DNA from: Eremomyces bilateralis CBS 781.70 | Taxonomy: Eukaryota | Length of the DNA stretch: 64,000 nucleotides | Direction: 5' to 3' (one strand) | Assembly (NCBI GenBank): GCA_010015585.1 | Contig: ML975149.1 | Shown here: piece by piece, positions 11,695-25,077 of the stretch | Numbering within the stretch: the first letter of the stretch is position 1 | How the letters are laid out: each line of letters begins with the position of its first letter | Made by a program: the position numbers and the translations under genes | Notes under the pieces: model-generated | Told to the model about the DNA's origin: nothing | Database searches by the model: none | The model's input: only the letters and a program-made list of their open reading frames with translations

Positions 11695-14600
11695 TCAGCA
11701 GGCCGTCCCCAAGGCAACGTCGGGACCAGCAGCTAGCGCCCCGCCGTCGGCCTCCACAAGTCCCATATTATCTTCGAATTCGCTAGGGCAATCGCAAGCG
11801 TACTTTATCCGAAACTCCTGCGATGACACTCCTTGCAGGGCTTCCAGCGCGCGTTTGCTTGCCGCCACCTTCGCATACCGTCCGCTCGCCGCCGTCGCAT
11901 GCGCAACAATCGTGTTGTGGACGACGAGAGCCGAGATGGTTTTTCGGTCCGTCAGTTCCACACCCGGCAGAGCGTGATGAAGTTCGGAGGCGAGGAGCCG
12001 GTATGAACGGCAGCCGAGGTCTTGGCTCAGCAAGGCGTGCAGGCGGATCGTAGGGTGGCTTTGCGCGAAGTTGTCGTATACCGCCATGTCTTCGAAATAC
12101 GGAAGCATGTTGCAGTTGAAGAAGTTGTAGACATGGGAGTAGTCGAAGTCAGAGTCGATGAAGACGGCGCCGACGTACGCTTCAACGACATCGGGGAGAT
12201 ACTTGGGGGCTGCTTTTACATTGACCCAGTAGTCTTTCGCCCCATTCGCTTCCTTCTCGGCTGCCTCGATGTCTTCGACGTAGTTCTGGATGTCTCGTTG
12301 CATCATGGTGCTATGGTGACGAATATGGCGGTGGAATCCCAGCTTGACGCAAAGTGCGCCCAGGAACTGGTTGGATACCATCGCCATTTTATGCTCGGTC
12401 AGCCACTGCGGATCCTTCGTCGGGTACTTGTAGAACAGGTATTCTACACAAGCTAGGTCCAGAAGCGAATCCCCAAGAAACTCCAGGCGTTGATACGAAG
12501 GGATGCCTTCGAAGGTTCCGATGCTAGCATGCGTGAATGCGCAGCGGAGTAAACGAGCGTTTTGAAAGCGGTAAGGGTGCTCTTTGAAGACTTTCTCCAA
12601 AAGATCACGTTGAGACGCGTTAGCCTGCTTCTGCGCCCATTTGGGGTGGTGGTAAGACTTCCTGTAGTCGTCGAACTTCACCGCATCGTGCATGTGTTCG
12701 CCATTCAACTTCTTGAAGGAATCGGGATTGGTCGTTAGCTTGGTCACTGCCTGAACCGTATCATTCCAGCGATCTGGATCCCATGGCTCTCCATGTCTGT
12801 GATGTTGGATGAACGCGGCACCAATAAGCGCCTCGCAAACATCCGCAATAGACTTGTCACCAAGCTTATGCAAGATGGCTTCATTCCCCGTCCTCTTTCC
12901 CTCAAGCAGAGCGAGACCCTTGGGATACCACAGTCGTCTAAATAGCCGTCAGCACTCTTCCAGAGAGGTAGAAAGAAGAGATACGAACCTAGAAAAGGCC
13001 ATCGTCCTGGCATACTCGTACAGCTTGAACATCTTAGCAGAGTGAAGCAGATTTGCATTGCAGATCAAAATCATTCGCTTAACGTGAAAGCTGAACTCAT
13101 CGTCTTCCGGGCATACGCAGTAGAGGGAGATGGAAGTGGCCATTTTCAAGAAACAGTCACCCATGAACTCCAGACGCTCGTAGTTGTTCCCCATCCCGGA
13201 TCGGAACTCAACTTTGTCGCGGTCATGTTCGTCGCTGTTATCCGAATCCTTAGTCACGGCTTCAAGGGCGAGCTGAGGACTGATGTTGATGTCAATCAAT
13301 TCTGCGGCCTCAAGGGCTATGAGATAGTCTTCGATCCGATGGATCATTGCTGGGAAAAGCAGCAATGTCGTCACATACTCCGCCGGGATCTACCCAGGTT
13401 AGCAAGGCCCTTGATTCCTCTTCGACAATAACTTACTGCTGAGATTTTGAGCGGCTCAGGGCAGAGGTAAGCCCGGGTCTTGACAGACTTCTCCTTCTCG
13501 CTCGGTTCAGCCAAGGCGTTCAGACGATGTAAGACCCTCTCGCATCGTATGACGGGTTGGTTGGCGTTCCAAGTCGACTTCGCTCGGGCCTTCTTCCAGA
13601 GACTAACCGAGTAGTCCAGTATGCTGCTGTTATACTTTGCACGGGCTGCACACCCCTCGGGTACAGGGTCTGTGGGCTTTTTGGTCGAATCCACTTCAAT
13701 ACTGAAAAATCGTCGACTACCGTCCCATGGATCGATTAAGTACCTATTGGTAAGCTCTTCATTTGGCATCTTCGCATCCCAGGAGATCTCTTTCGTGCCC
13801 ATGACGTGTTTGAGGAGCTTCCAATCGACTAAGTTTTCGAAAGTATCTTCCTGAATCCGAGCACTGGGATTTTCGAGAAGAGGAACTACGTGATAGGACA
13901 TTTTTGCAAAGCAGTCCTCGAATTTCTTGTTGAAAAGATCCTTGAACATTCGTAGCGTGAACTCCTTTGCGCTCAAGAGCTGTTCCCAGGAGAAATCGAC
14001 CTCGACCGGAAGTGATCGCGGCTGGAGCATCAGTAGAGTTCCGTCAAGAAGATAGAGCGGGAACGGTGGGAAGTCCGGCATTGGTCGACGAGTCACCAGG
14101 CCGATGGGACTGTACTTTCGTGTCGGCGTGCCTTTGACTTCGAGAATAGTCAGAAAATGGATTGTGATGGGTACCGCATATCCCCAAGACCATATCTCCG
14201 GTTTGATACGCATCTCGTACTGTTCCTTTTTCTTGGAGCTGACAGCAAGAAGTGCGTTCGCCATCTTGGGAATGACCTTGCTGTGATATATTGGGAGAAA
14301 ATGCTCATCGAGAGCGCCGCGATTCCGAAGCTCGAGGCACGCTCGAAACGCGGCGGACCGTTTGGCTTCGATCTTCCGAGGTTTGTCTTTTCCAATCACT
14401 CGCCGGACCGGCGAACCTGACGGTAGGATTATCTCGCAGGCGAAAGCGCCACCTCTGGGCTGGATCAAATAGACCGGAAGGTCGGGCTCATCGCTCTCCT
14501 TTGGAAGGACGGCAGCGAAATGTTGAAGCTTTATCATCGCCATACTATGAGTGAGCTTAGCGCCGGAAGTTTTGTCAACATAGAACTTCTCCTGGTTATT

Positions 14601-16537
14601 GGGGTCAGTATCGAAGGCCAAACCTATCTTTCGATCCTCTGGCAGCGCATGGCAGAATGCCCTCATTTGATTCTGAAAGGAAGTATCAGTCACTGAAGTA
14701 TACAAACTCCCCGAGCTAGATAGGCGCCTTACCTCATGTGCACGAAGGTCAGACACCAATAGCTCCTGATCAGTGCCACTCATAACCATGTACACCAACT
14801 TAGAGTCTCGACGACGTGCGCGTCCGCGGGATTGAATGTTCTGAATCATTGTTTTCGGAAGGTCGAAGCGAATGACAATGTTGCACTCAGGGATATCAAG
14901 GCCTTCCTCTGCGACGGATGTCGCGAAAAGACAATTGATTTCCCCTTTTCGGAACTTGGTAACAGACAGGAACTGCTTATTGACGGATTGCTTGTAGCTC
15001 CCTGGTTTGGAGCCACCTCCGACCAGCATGCCACACCTGAGATATTTCCCACCAAATTGGGGGAAAGAGAAAATCTCGTAGAGAAGTTGCGCGGTGATTC
15101 GTCTGTCGACAAACACAATGCATTTGGCATCAGTCTCCCACCAAAAGTTCTTCTCGAGCACCGTATGGAGTTTCGCTACCTTGTCACTCAAGTTTTCACT
15201 CAGCGCGGGCTGGGCGAACTTGTGGTTTGCCGCGATTTCGGATGCCTCGCGAATGGTTGCAAGCTCGGCATCGAGAGCCTCGACCGAGTAGATGCCACGC
15301 TTCTGATGAGATCGATCTGTGCGACGTTCCGCTTTAGATGTCTGTTCCTCGTCCAAAGCAAACTTCCAATACCATTCGCCAGTCCACGGGCCCAGTTCTT
15401 GGGAAATAGTTCGAGCTGCGTCGGATAGTCCTTGGAACGACTTCAAATCCCCAAGAATGCCCTTGAGTTGGGAGTGGAGCTCCGTGTACCGGGTGAAGAG
15501 GGGTTGGTCATATCTGATGATGATTTCTTCGGGCCTAGCGACGTTCGACTGCAGCACTGCTGGGTCAGATATGGTGGCAATCTCGGAGTGAAGAAGCGCT
15601 TCGAGTAGCTGTGCGGCCCCTAGTACGTCCTTCTTTGCATCTACAGGAGATGCCGTCATCCCAAAGATACGAGGCCTGGCATCCTCTGGAACTGTGACGT
15701 AGTAGTCCGAAATTATCCTAAGACCTATATTTAGTTATGGTTCTTCGATATGATGAGTCGACAATTACCTCGCATATGCATGCTCTTTTTTAGCGTGATG
15801 AGCTTCGTCGAAGATCATGATGTTAACCTGATCCATTTTGATGAAGGAATGCATAAGACATTGTAGGAGAATTTCCGCCGTGCAGACAATGATCATGTTC
15901 TTATCAAAGTATTCCTCCCATGTAGCTTTGGACCACAAGTCGGTCCCCATGCCCCCATAGAGGCTTGCAATGCTGTGATCCAGATTCACTTGGAGCACCT
16001 TGGTTTGCTGGAAGACAAGAGTGACAGAGTCGACCTAAAGATATCAGTAGATCGCAAGAAAACCCCGTGCTAGTAGCGTACAAGGAAGAAGGCAATTCGC
16101 TTCTTGCCATCGTTTTCTCTATGTGACAGTTCTTCATCAACGATGTGACGAAGGAGCATCACGGCGATCAGCGTTTTACCGGAGCCAGTGTCTAGAACTG
16201 CAATGACATTCTTCTCCTTTGCCCGGTTGAAGAGCTCCATCTGATACTCCCTAGGAGTCGATATGATCCTAGCAGCCCCGCCTTGCTGTTCAAGTAGTCT
16301 TTTGGTGGAAAGAACCTCATTATCGATCTCCCCGGCCGCTTTCTCGGTTTTCTCAAATGTCACAGCGCGGCTCTGCTCGTCTACAAATGCCTTGAAGATC
16401 TCCCGCTGTTTGGCACGGGTGAGTCGACATTGATCAAGGTCATTGGGCGACTCCGGTTCATCTTCGCTACTGCTCCCCGCAATCAAGTCATCTATGTCAC
16501 TGTCGTTAGAATGGTCTTGAGAAGAAGAGACGGACAT
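11695..16537 (-). CDS. dcl1: Dicer-like protein 1 (DExH helicase, dimerisation domain, PAZ region, 2x RNase III, dsRBD); multi-exon, 5' end uncertain
   Basis: [44 protein letters not shown]. RNase IIIa [17 protein letters not shown]; RNase IIIb [18 protein letters not shown]-terminal CDC. Confidence 0.95.
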
Positions 16538-17340
16538 CCTCCCGTTTACCAGTGACTCGGTCCTTTGGATCAGACTGAAGAGTAATCAGATTTGTAGGAG
16601 ACTGGGTTTTAGGAGGAGGTTTAGGTCCAAAGACCGGACGATAAAGAGTACGAGGCACCCCCGTAACATCATATGCACCACGCATTGTGACCAGTCAAAG
16701 AGGGAGGTCAAAGAGAGGCCACACGACCGATACTCTAACTTTCTGAAGGACTGAGAGAGATCAAATTCTCCAAACAAGTGACATTTGAAAGAAACGGAGA
16801 GACTTTAGGTAAGGATATTTGAGGCTGCAAGTAATTTTGTTTGATGAATTGAATACCTTGATCTGAGTCCGTTTCTAGAACATCCTGCTGTGAGTCTTTG
16901 AATTTCACCTTCGCAGGTTCTGTCAGTTCGGCAGTGGAGGGTTGGTGAGCCCGTGCGATAGCGCTGATGCCATGGTCGATAATCATTGGATAGAGGGTTC
17001 TACATGTTCAGGTGTTTACGAGATTTGCAGGCAAAAAGCGGTGTAGTTTTGCAGAGTGATATTGGCTAAAAGCCAGCCGTTGAATGGACACGTTTGATAA
17101 TATTTCCGGTTATCAGAATCGCGTTTCACGTGTCGTGCGGCTGTTTGTGTTACCACTTAAAACTGTGGCGCTTTTCACTTCAGTACCGTAATCACAGCAC
17201 TGCAGTTCCTGTTTCAGAAATTCCACCGCCACAACGTGACGCTTTTCATCAATCATCATAATCCATCTCCCACTTCCAAGTCACTCAAGTGATTATAATT
17301 CTAAAATCTCTTAAACATCCCGCTATATAGAACCATAGCC

Positions 17341-18466
17341 ATGGCTGAAGAGCAGAGAAGTCTGAGAAGCGTCTATTTGAGCGCAGAAGCAAAGCGGCAA
17401 GAGTTGGAAGGCTTGGGCAACAGCAATACTGAGGATTATCAAGATACCCTCTCATCGGCCATCAAACTTTACGAAGACTGTTTACGAATAGCCGATGAAG
17501 TATCTCTATTCAGCCCGAATGAAACACTAGAAGATGTCTCCTCTGGCGACCTACAATATTTCCTTATCAATCACCAGCTTGCGGAGCTGGTCCAGCGGTT
17601 GACCGGCATCGAACGGCGGAAGGAAAACCTGTTGGCCGCAAGATCATGTTATGAAAGCTTTCTGAAACTCCTAGACGCATATGATCTGTTATCTAAATCA
17701 GATAGCAAGCTTTTGGAGCAGTATCATGATGGACCTGACCGGTTCTCAGTCGCATCCACGACTGATGCTTCAGCTCGAAGAGAGACGAAGATTGCGCGGT
17801 TTCGAGAAGAGAAAGATTTAAAGCAGCGGCTCCAAGTACAAATTTACCAGTTATTTTTCGATTTTGAACAGGATATGGTGCTAACAATATCCGCAGCAAC
17901 TACGCCAAAATCCCACGGCGCAGACGGAAGATTCCACTATTCGCTCCCTTCATTTAGGTTCAATTAGTCTCGCTGTCCACCACACATTCGCCTCCCTTGA
18001 ATCTATATCACAGGAGCTGCAAATCCTCGCTCTAATGCCCTCTGAACCTTCAAATGCTTCCAACCCTGCTGACGCCCGCTCTCAATCCCGCGATGGAGAC
18101 GCCTACTCCGACCGTCTGGTTTCCGGCCTGGGCGGTGCTGGCCTTGGAAAATACACCGGCCCCATTCTCTCCGCTCAGGGGAAACCCCTCCGGCCCTTCA
18201 CTCTCCTGGACAAGCGAACCCAGCTTCGCGACGGCGTGTTCCGCCCATCTCACACACTCCCGAGCATGAGCATCGACGAGTACCTGGAAGAGGAGAGAAA
18301 GCGGGGTGGGATCATCGAGGGCGGTGGAGAGGCTAGTGGGATACGGCCGGAAGTTGATGAAGACGACTTGGATAAGGCAGACGAAGAGACGATGAAGGCG
18401 AGGGCGTGGGATGAGTACACGGAGGCAAACCCGAAAGGAAGTGGAAACACTATAAACCGTGGGTGA
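17341..18466 (+). CDS. TAP42: TAP42/alpha4 PP2A-associated TOR pathway regulator (intron 17836-17896)
   Basis: SLFSPNETLED, RRETKIARFR, GKPLRPFTL, VFRPSHTLPSMSIDEYL, KARAWDEYTEANPKGSGNTINRG. Confidence 0.95.
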
Positions 18467-19256
18467 CCTTGGGGACAAGCACGCCTCCCAGTGGTGACCT
18501 GTATTTTGTGAACATAGGGCTTCAAATTGAAGGACACTGGAGAGACTGGGTGGTGCTTCCAATGATGTTATGAATGGTTCCATCATTGTCGAGATCGAGA
18601 AACGACATGGCTTCAGCAGAAAGCCGCGGTCTCTTCCAAACGCAGGGCTTGAGTCAGTCAAAGAATTCACTATGGACTCGGACATGATTTCAAATCAGTA
18701 GTTCGCTATTGCGTCACCTCTTCGCTTAGTGGATAGCGCTGTCTGTTCCCTAAATCCGACATGCCTACATTCCGACTGGCTTGGTCATCTTTAATCTGCC
18801 CGGAGATTCTGGCCCTAATTGTTAATATACTAGAGTCTATACTCACTGTATAGACTCTGAGGCCACAGACCAGGGGTTCATGGACTGCAGGGAAATATAT
18901 TCCTGCCAGGGCCCAACAATAGCCAAGATCTGGGGTAATATCACTCCATTGCGCAAATTCTTGGTAAATAATAAAAATATCCCACGCCAATACGAATACG
19001 TGCGGAATTGGATAATATTCGGAATGGGACGCAAAATGGTGTGGACATGGGGTTTTCAAACCTATCACATCGTGAAGGACTACACCAACATCATGGCAAC
19101 AGGTAACATTCTTCTACCTGTCGCAAGTAACCGTTTTTATTTACAATGAACCACACCACCATAAGATATTTGTTTAAATCATCACCGGTTCGGCCCGCTT
19201 AAACGAGAGTTCCATTCACATGCGTCCCTTTCATCCGAACAAATTGCACCTGCGGT

Positions 19257-20142
19257 CTACGCACCCGCACGAATCTTGTTGGCCAAGTAGCCAACGCCAC
19301 GCGTAACACTGCCGTCAGTGGTGTACAGAAGATGGCCTAGAGTAACAGTGAGACCAGCACCACAGACACCATCGTCTGCACGGCAGATGATGAGGACATC
19401 ATCGCGGGGGTAGTTCTATCATCGATTTCAGTCAGTGCTCAGTGCTCTTCGGGTAATGATACGGTGGTACGTACGGGAATCTGGCCATTGTCTTCGCCGT
19501 TGCGAGTGTCTCCGTAGAGAACACCCCCAACCAGACGAGCTTTGGAAGAAGCTGACAGGCGACGGACGGAAGCGTGCATGACGGCGGCTCCTTGGCTATT
19601 GATCGAAAGGTTAGTGACCAGATTGGCACCGAGTGTTCACGATAGGAGTCCAGTACCTGTAGCCGCCGAATACAACGAGAGATTGCGGGCACTTGCTCTG
19701 CGCCAGGTTGAACAGGGTGATGGCGTTGTTGTACCCTGCAGAGGAAGTTCCCTCAGATAAAAGGTTGTCGCCAATGGATGCCGTGTATTGCGGTCCAACG
19801 CCCTGGCAAGCAACTCTGGAGGAGCCGAAGCTGTTCTTCAGCCCAGAGCAAGTGGCTGGACCGACTGTGCCACCCTGAATAAGTGTCAGTCATGAGCATC
19901 TAGACATAGAGCCGTAAAAATTGCTCGCGTACCATGTTACCACTTTCGGTGGAGCCTCGAGCAAAGATGAAGATGTAGTCTCTGCAAGCTCCGCTGTTTA
20001 GTTCATTCGAGGTGCTGCCTTGACGCTTCACCAGCTCATGGGCATTCTCAAATTGCGCCTCCAGTTCGGCTGCCGCGGGGGAAGGAAGTGGATTGGCGAT
20101 TGCCAGGGCAGCGAGCGCCGCCACAACGTTGAGATACTTCAT
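19257..20142 (-). CDS. Cutinase (CE5), secreted, 4 exons
   Basis: Signal peptide, KR propeptide site, FIFARGSTESGNMG, GYSQGA after splicing, and C.ADDGVC..GHLLY catalytic Asp/His motif; TAG 19257-19259. Confidence 0.95.
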
Positions 20143-20790
20143 CTTCAAAGTTGATCGAACAAACGTTTAGAAAGGGATAGCTGGGGCTCTGAGGACAGTC
20201 TTAAACCTTTGGGTTGATTGTGATTGTCTGGGAGGATGAGTTCTTCCACTATCATGGGAAAAGGAGACACTTTATACCTTGCTCAGCCGGCCTTTCTTCC
20301 CCTCAGAAGGATATCTTCTCCCCCCAGTGCTGCTACCATGCATGTCCTCCCGCCCAGTCGGAGTCCAGAGGGCATGGAGACAAAGGCGTACTCCTCTAGA
20401 GACCAGGCCAAGATACGTATCACGATGCGATGCGACTCGGACCACGGCACTCACTTGGTCGGTAAATTCGGCTGCCCTGTCGATTAATCTATTCAGATTA
20501 TCGTGGCATCATATACCTTTGAGCTTGAAGAATGTGGAGCTCCAAAACAACGTAACCCTTGGTGGCGGTGACTGATGTGGTCTTGATCCTTGACTGGGGC
20601 GCTATTTTGAACCACCCTCTTGAAATGAAGAACCTAGAAAATGGAATTTGACCGAGGAGTTCAAACTTCAAAGGACAGGAAGCGGAGAGAAAGTTGAATA
20701 GGGTAGGAAAAGGGAACAGTCCGACTGACGACATGCCACCAGTCCGAGGCTGGGGAACCGCTTAGACTTGCATCGCGGGGACGATTTAAT
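20143..20790 (-). promoter_or_regulatory. Cutinase proximal promoter: TATAAA, CCTCGG (FarA/CTF1-type) and SYGGRG (CreA-type) motifs
   Basis: tttata at 20271-20276 (TATAAA on minus strand); ccgagg at 20652 and 20744; ctgggg at 20181, ~20594 and 20750. Function inferred from known consensus motifs. Confidence 0.5.
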
Positions 20791-23695
20791 GTACATCAAA
20801 GATCGGATAGTTAGCCTACTTCCGAGTCTTACGGAAGATAGGGGTGTCCTCGTTCATGTTCAGAGAACAAGCTGGTCGTTAGACAAAGCACCTATAGTCT
20901 GACACCTGCCAAATGGATCGCACTCACGTTGTGCCGTGCATCTTTTGCAGGGGCCTTGAGCAAGGGAGCTAGAAACATCTACAATCCTTCTGGTTCGTCC
21001 CCACGTACTGGCACAGTGATCAACAAGATCTAATGCACCGGCAGTTGCATTTGGGTAACAGTTTGCCTAGGAACCCCGTATCGTGGAGGAATAATATTAT
21101 CGCGATTGGCTGTACGATAGAGTCTGTTTGTCTTTGGAGCCTTTCTGGGAACTACAAGTTGCAACAGGACCCAAGGGTACTCGCGACGGATACCGTTTGC
21201 ACATGAAGGCTGTCAGTATAGGTAATGGGCGAAACTCGACCTTCATCACTATCCCGGCTCTTTCAGACGAATTGGCTCTACTCACACCGATGCTTGATCC
21301 AATCGATGCACAACTCCATGCAAGTATCCACGACAACGTGATATTCTGGCATTTTCCTTGTTCCTGTCGATCGTGTAGTGGCATCTGCCGGATCAGAAGG
21401 AGAGAGAACCACTCTTACATGCGTGATGTTTAATCAAACATTCTCCGCATCACAGCCCGCTTGGCATCTAGGTTTCGCGTGGACGTTCTGCATGCCGTGG
21501 AATCGTGAACCTGTCAGTGGTCAGCTCCTCGGCGTTGTGGCGGAATCTGCAACGGGCTTGTCCACTCCAGGTTTGGGATGCACGACTTTTCTCTCCCCGC
21601 ACAGTGACAGAGGGTTTGATTCGGGCCAGATGATGAAGCAACTGATGGCGGAGTAGGCCGCAAGGCGGATGTTGCCAGGCTCTGTCAGAATTAATATCGA
21701 GGCTCTTCGACGATTGGAGCAAATACCGGGCTCCTCTTTTTAGGGGTTCACCTAGTATGCAAGTCATGCTTGAATCGCCAATGCACAGACATGCAGTCGT
21801 AGCCTCGTGATATCAAAATGTACAAATATAGGCGTGGGTCGTGGGGTCATGAATGTCACTACGACATGGTGCGTATGGTCAAGTTCATCCGCCCGCACGC
21901 TCTGTAGGTACTCAGTTGTCCTAAGACCTCTATCGAGAAGGTTCTTTCCTGTTGAAATACAGCACCGAGGTATTTTACCAAAATGTTACGCCACCCCTGT
22001 GGAGTGTTGCCAGCGAGGGCGCCAGACGCGGAGTTGAACCGGAGCGGCACTACCAGCGATAACTGGCTTCACAAATCGTTCTTTAAAATTCTCTGGCCAC
22101 CCACCTGCTTGTAATAGCTCGCCGTGGCTAGACGGGCTGGCTGGACTGGCGGAGATATCTGCCCCTAGGAGAATGAATGCGGGGAAAGCTTCACACGTCT
22201 TCATGTTGGGCCTTGGGGAGAGCAAGTGGGGTGATCGACACGTTTGGAGGCAATAGATGCTCAACACTGCCATGCGCCCTCAGATCGTATTGATAGCTGG
22301 TGATGAAGGCTTTAGTTGGTTGTTCAATCGAAGGAACAAGACGAAACTGGCATGTCGTCCCATGCGCTAACCGTATAAGATCTAGGGCACATTGACTTCA
22401 ACCTTAGGTTATCGGGTATCCCATCCGGAGGCGGGATATTGGGTTGATCGACTGAACAAATATAAATTAATTCCGCACAGACCTCGGACATTTGAGTAGT
22501 AGTTCGCTACCATCCATTAGGGAAAGGAATCGGAACGCCTGCCAATACAAGGTTAGAGCTGTGGATATCCGGTCAATCCCATTCTAGTGTTCTCTCCGGC
22601 TTTCCCTATTCGTTCGGTATGACAAAATTACCTCTCTGGATGATGCCGGAGAAGTGCCGCTGTCCCGTCTGAGGGAATTATACAAGCCTGTGAAGAATGG
22701 GTGCTGCTATGCTTGCCGTACGGTCCTTGGTATTTGCCAAACGAATCACACCCCAATCATGGTAGACATGGTGCGAAGACTAGGAGTTCAGATACTCCCG
22801 ATTGCCAGCGATTCTAATTGCCTCATATCTTACAACGCTAGACATGATACCCAAACGCCGATCCCCAGGATGCCATTCTCATCACCTTCCGTATCAGATG
22901 CCAGATACCACTCGCAAAAGAATCACAAGGCGTGATGAAAAATCTATTGTCGGATAACCAGGTGCCAGCGTGGTTTGAAGATCCAGCCCGTTCGGAGCGT
23001 GGATGCTCGTCCCGACCGCCGCTGCAGGCGATCAGCAGATTCAAAGTTGTTGACAAGGTGCTCATCCCCGTTGCATGTCTTCCTGTCAGGCTCAAAGATG
23101 ATCGGCGTTTGCCTCGGAGCCACCACGATCGGGGCTATCTCCAGGATCGGGCTGGATTCGGCGCCAGGTGCTAACCAGGGTTTTCAAGATATGCCCGATG
23201 TAAACCAGGAAGAAAGATCAGGCGGGATCCAAGAGTCGTTCTTCGGGCATCGAATCAACTCATGATTCCATGCTCCGGTGCATGTGGGTTCTTGGAAGAA
23301 TAGGGACGTCCAGACGGACAAGAAATGCGATTTGCGAAACCAGAAACGCCGAGATTAACCCTCAACCCCACTTTCCCGCCGTTGTCTTTCCATCCATCGC
23401 CTTTCCCGCCCCGAACCAGTGCCGAGTACTAGGGCCGTTTCGTGATTGGGAGTCCAGATTGAATCGAGACCGTCGACTCCGTCGGCGCAGCTGAAGAACA
23501 ACGATGCAGCAGACCAGGAAACTGACGGCGCGAATGACAAAGTGGATGCGATCTTTTTTGGACCATGGGGCGCTTTAAACCGAGGAATCGAACCGTTAGT
23601 GACCAGACCAGGAAGTACGGGGGACCATCGAAAGAGGCGGGAAGGAAATAAAAATAACCGATCAGGGCTCGTACATGTGGGAAGGAAAAGGGAGC

Positions 23696-25077
23696 TTATT
23701 GCTCCTTTTCATACCCCTCAGGTTTCTTGATTCCATTGAGTTCGAAATACCGCGACGTGCCTGCGATCTTTCAGTATCGTCACTAGTTCCAGGGGGCGAA
23801 CATGACCTACATGAATATCCGTTCCAATCAAAGTTCTCTTTGGGGTTACAGTGGCACTTCAGGTCCATACGTAACTGCTCTCCAGTCGGGCAATGGGTGA
23901 ATGGGACGTGATAGTACGCAATATCGTTGAAAAAGTGGAGCTCGTCTTTCTTGAGCATGAGCGCTGCGGCAATAGAATGGACAGGCGCATCGCCCCATCG
24001 CTCGTAGAAGAATCCGCCATCTTTGTCCAGGGCATCGAAAAAGTCAAGATACGCCTGCGAGCGGAGCCAGTTGAGGTCGCCGATCTCGAAGTTCGACCAC
24101 TTGAAACCGTCAGTTTGGATCGTCTTTGGGTTTTCTTCATACTTACGAAATGGCAGTGGTTATAGGTCTTGCCGTTGTCGTCGCTCAAGAACTGCATGCT
24201 GTTGTCTTCTGCGATGTGTTCCGGGTGCTTCTGCATGAATTTCTTCGCGCTGTCCCATAGAGTGGGGATAGTCTCAACATACTCGTAAAGACTAATGACG
24301 AAGGAGTACTTCTTGCCATGGTCGGCCATATACTTGAACGTATCGTACTGAATGTCGCAGTACAGTTCGATGGACGGCTCCACGCGCCAATACCACTCAT
24401 AATCCAGCATGAGCGGATGCCGGAAGAAGAATCCCGACTCATATCGACACATGTGTCGGTATGAGATGGAGTCGCCGTAGATGATCTTCCTCTCACGCAT
24501 ATCCTCGCGCACGTTTGCCGCCTTGTCTTGATCGATCCATTCCGGGAATCCCCAGTGTTCCTTGGGAATAAGCCCGTACTTGGTCTTCCCGGAAACGAGG
24601 CTGGTAGTAACCTTCTTAAATGTGTCGTCAAACTCCGCGTCGTTTAGGAACACCCAGTCGTAGTTATAGTTCCGATTGAAGCGATCTTCGACGTTGCGGA
24701 TGGATTTGGCAATCTCCCAGATGTCGGTGTTCCTGGCCAGGGTTACGAATGTCGCGTTCATTCGTGAACCATCGGCCGCCGCAGGTGGGAGTCCTTTCGG
24801 AGGATTTGGAGTTGTCCCCGGCTTCTCCGACGTTCCGCCCGCGGATGGCGCGGATGGTGTGTGGGATATCCCTTGTTCATGTATGATATCGCCAACATTT
24901 TGTATCCGAGTCCGCGCTCCGGATGAAGTGAAGTAGAATATCAACGCTAAGGTCTAAAGACATCGATTGTTAGTACCAAGGGTATTTCCTCGCGATACAC
25001 AAACATCTTAACATGACCGCTGAACTTACCGCAATCGCAAACACAATGTAGCGGGCATATCGCTGAGTTCCCGCCAT
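23696..25077 (-). CDS. KRE2: Alpha-1,2-mannosyltransferase, GT15 (KRE2/MNT1/KTR family), 4 exons
   Basis: [39 protein letters not shown], spliced [21 protein letters not shown]. Type II anchor in exons 1-2; TAA 23696-23698. Confidence 0.93.
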
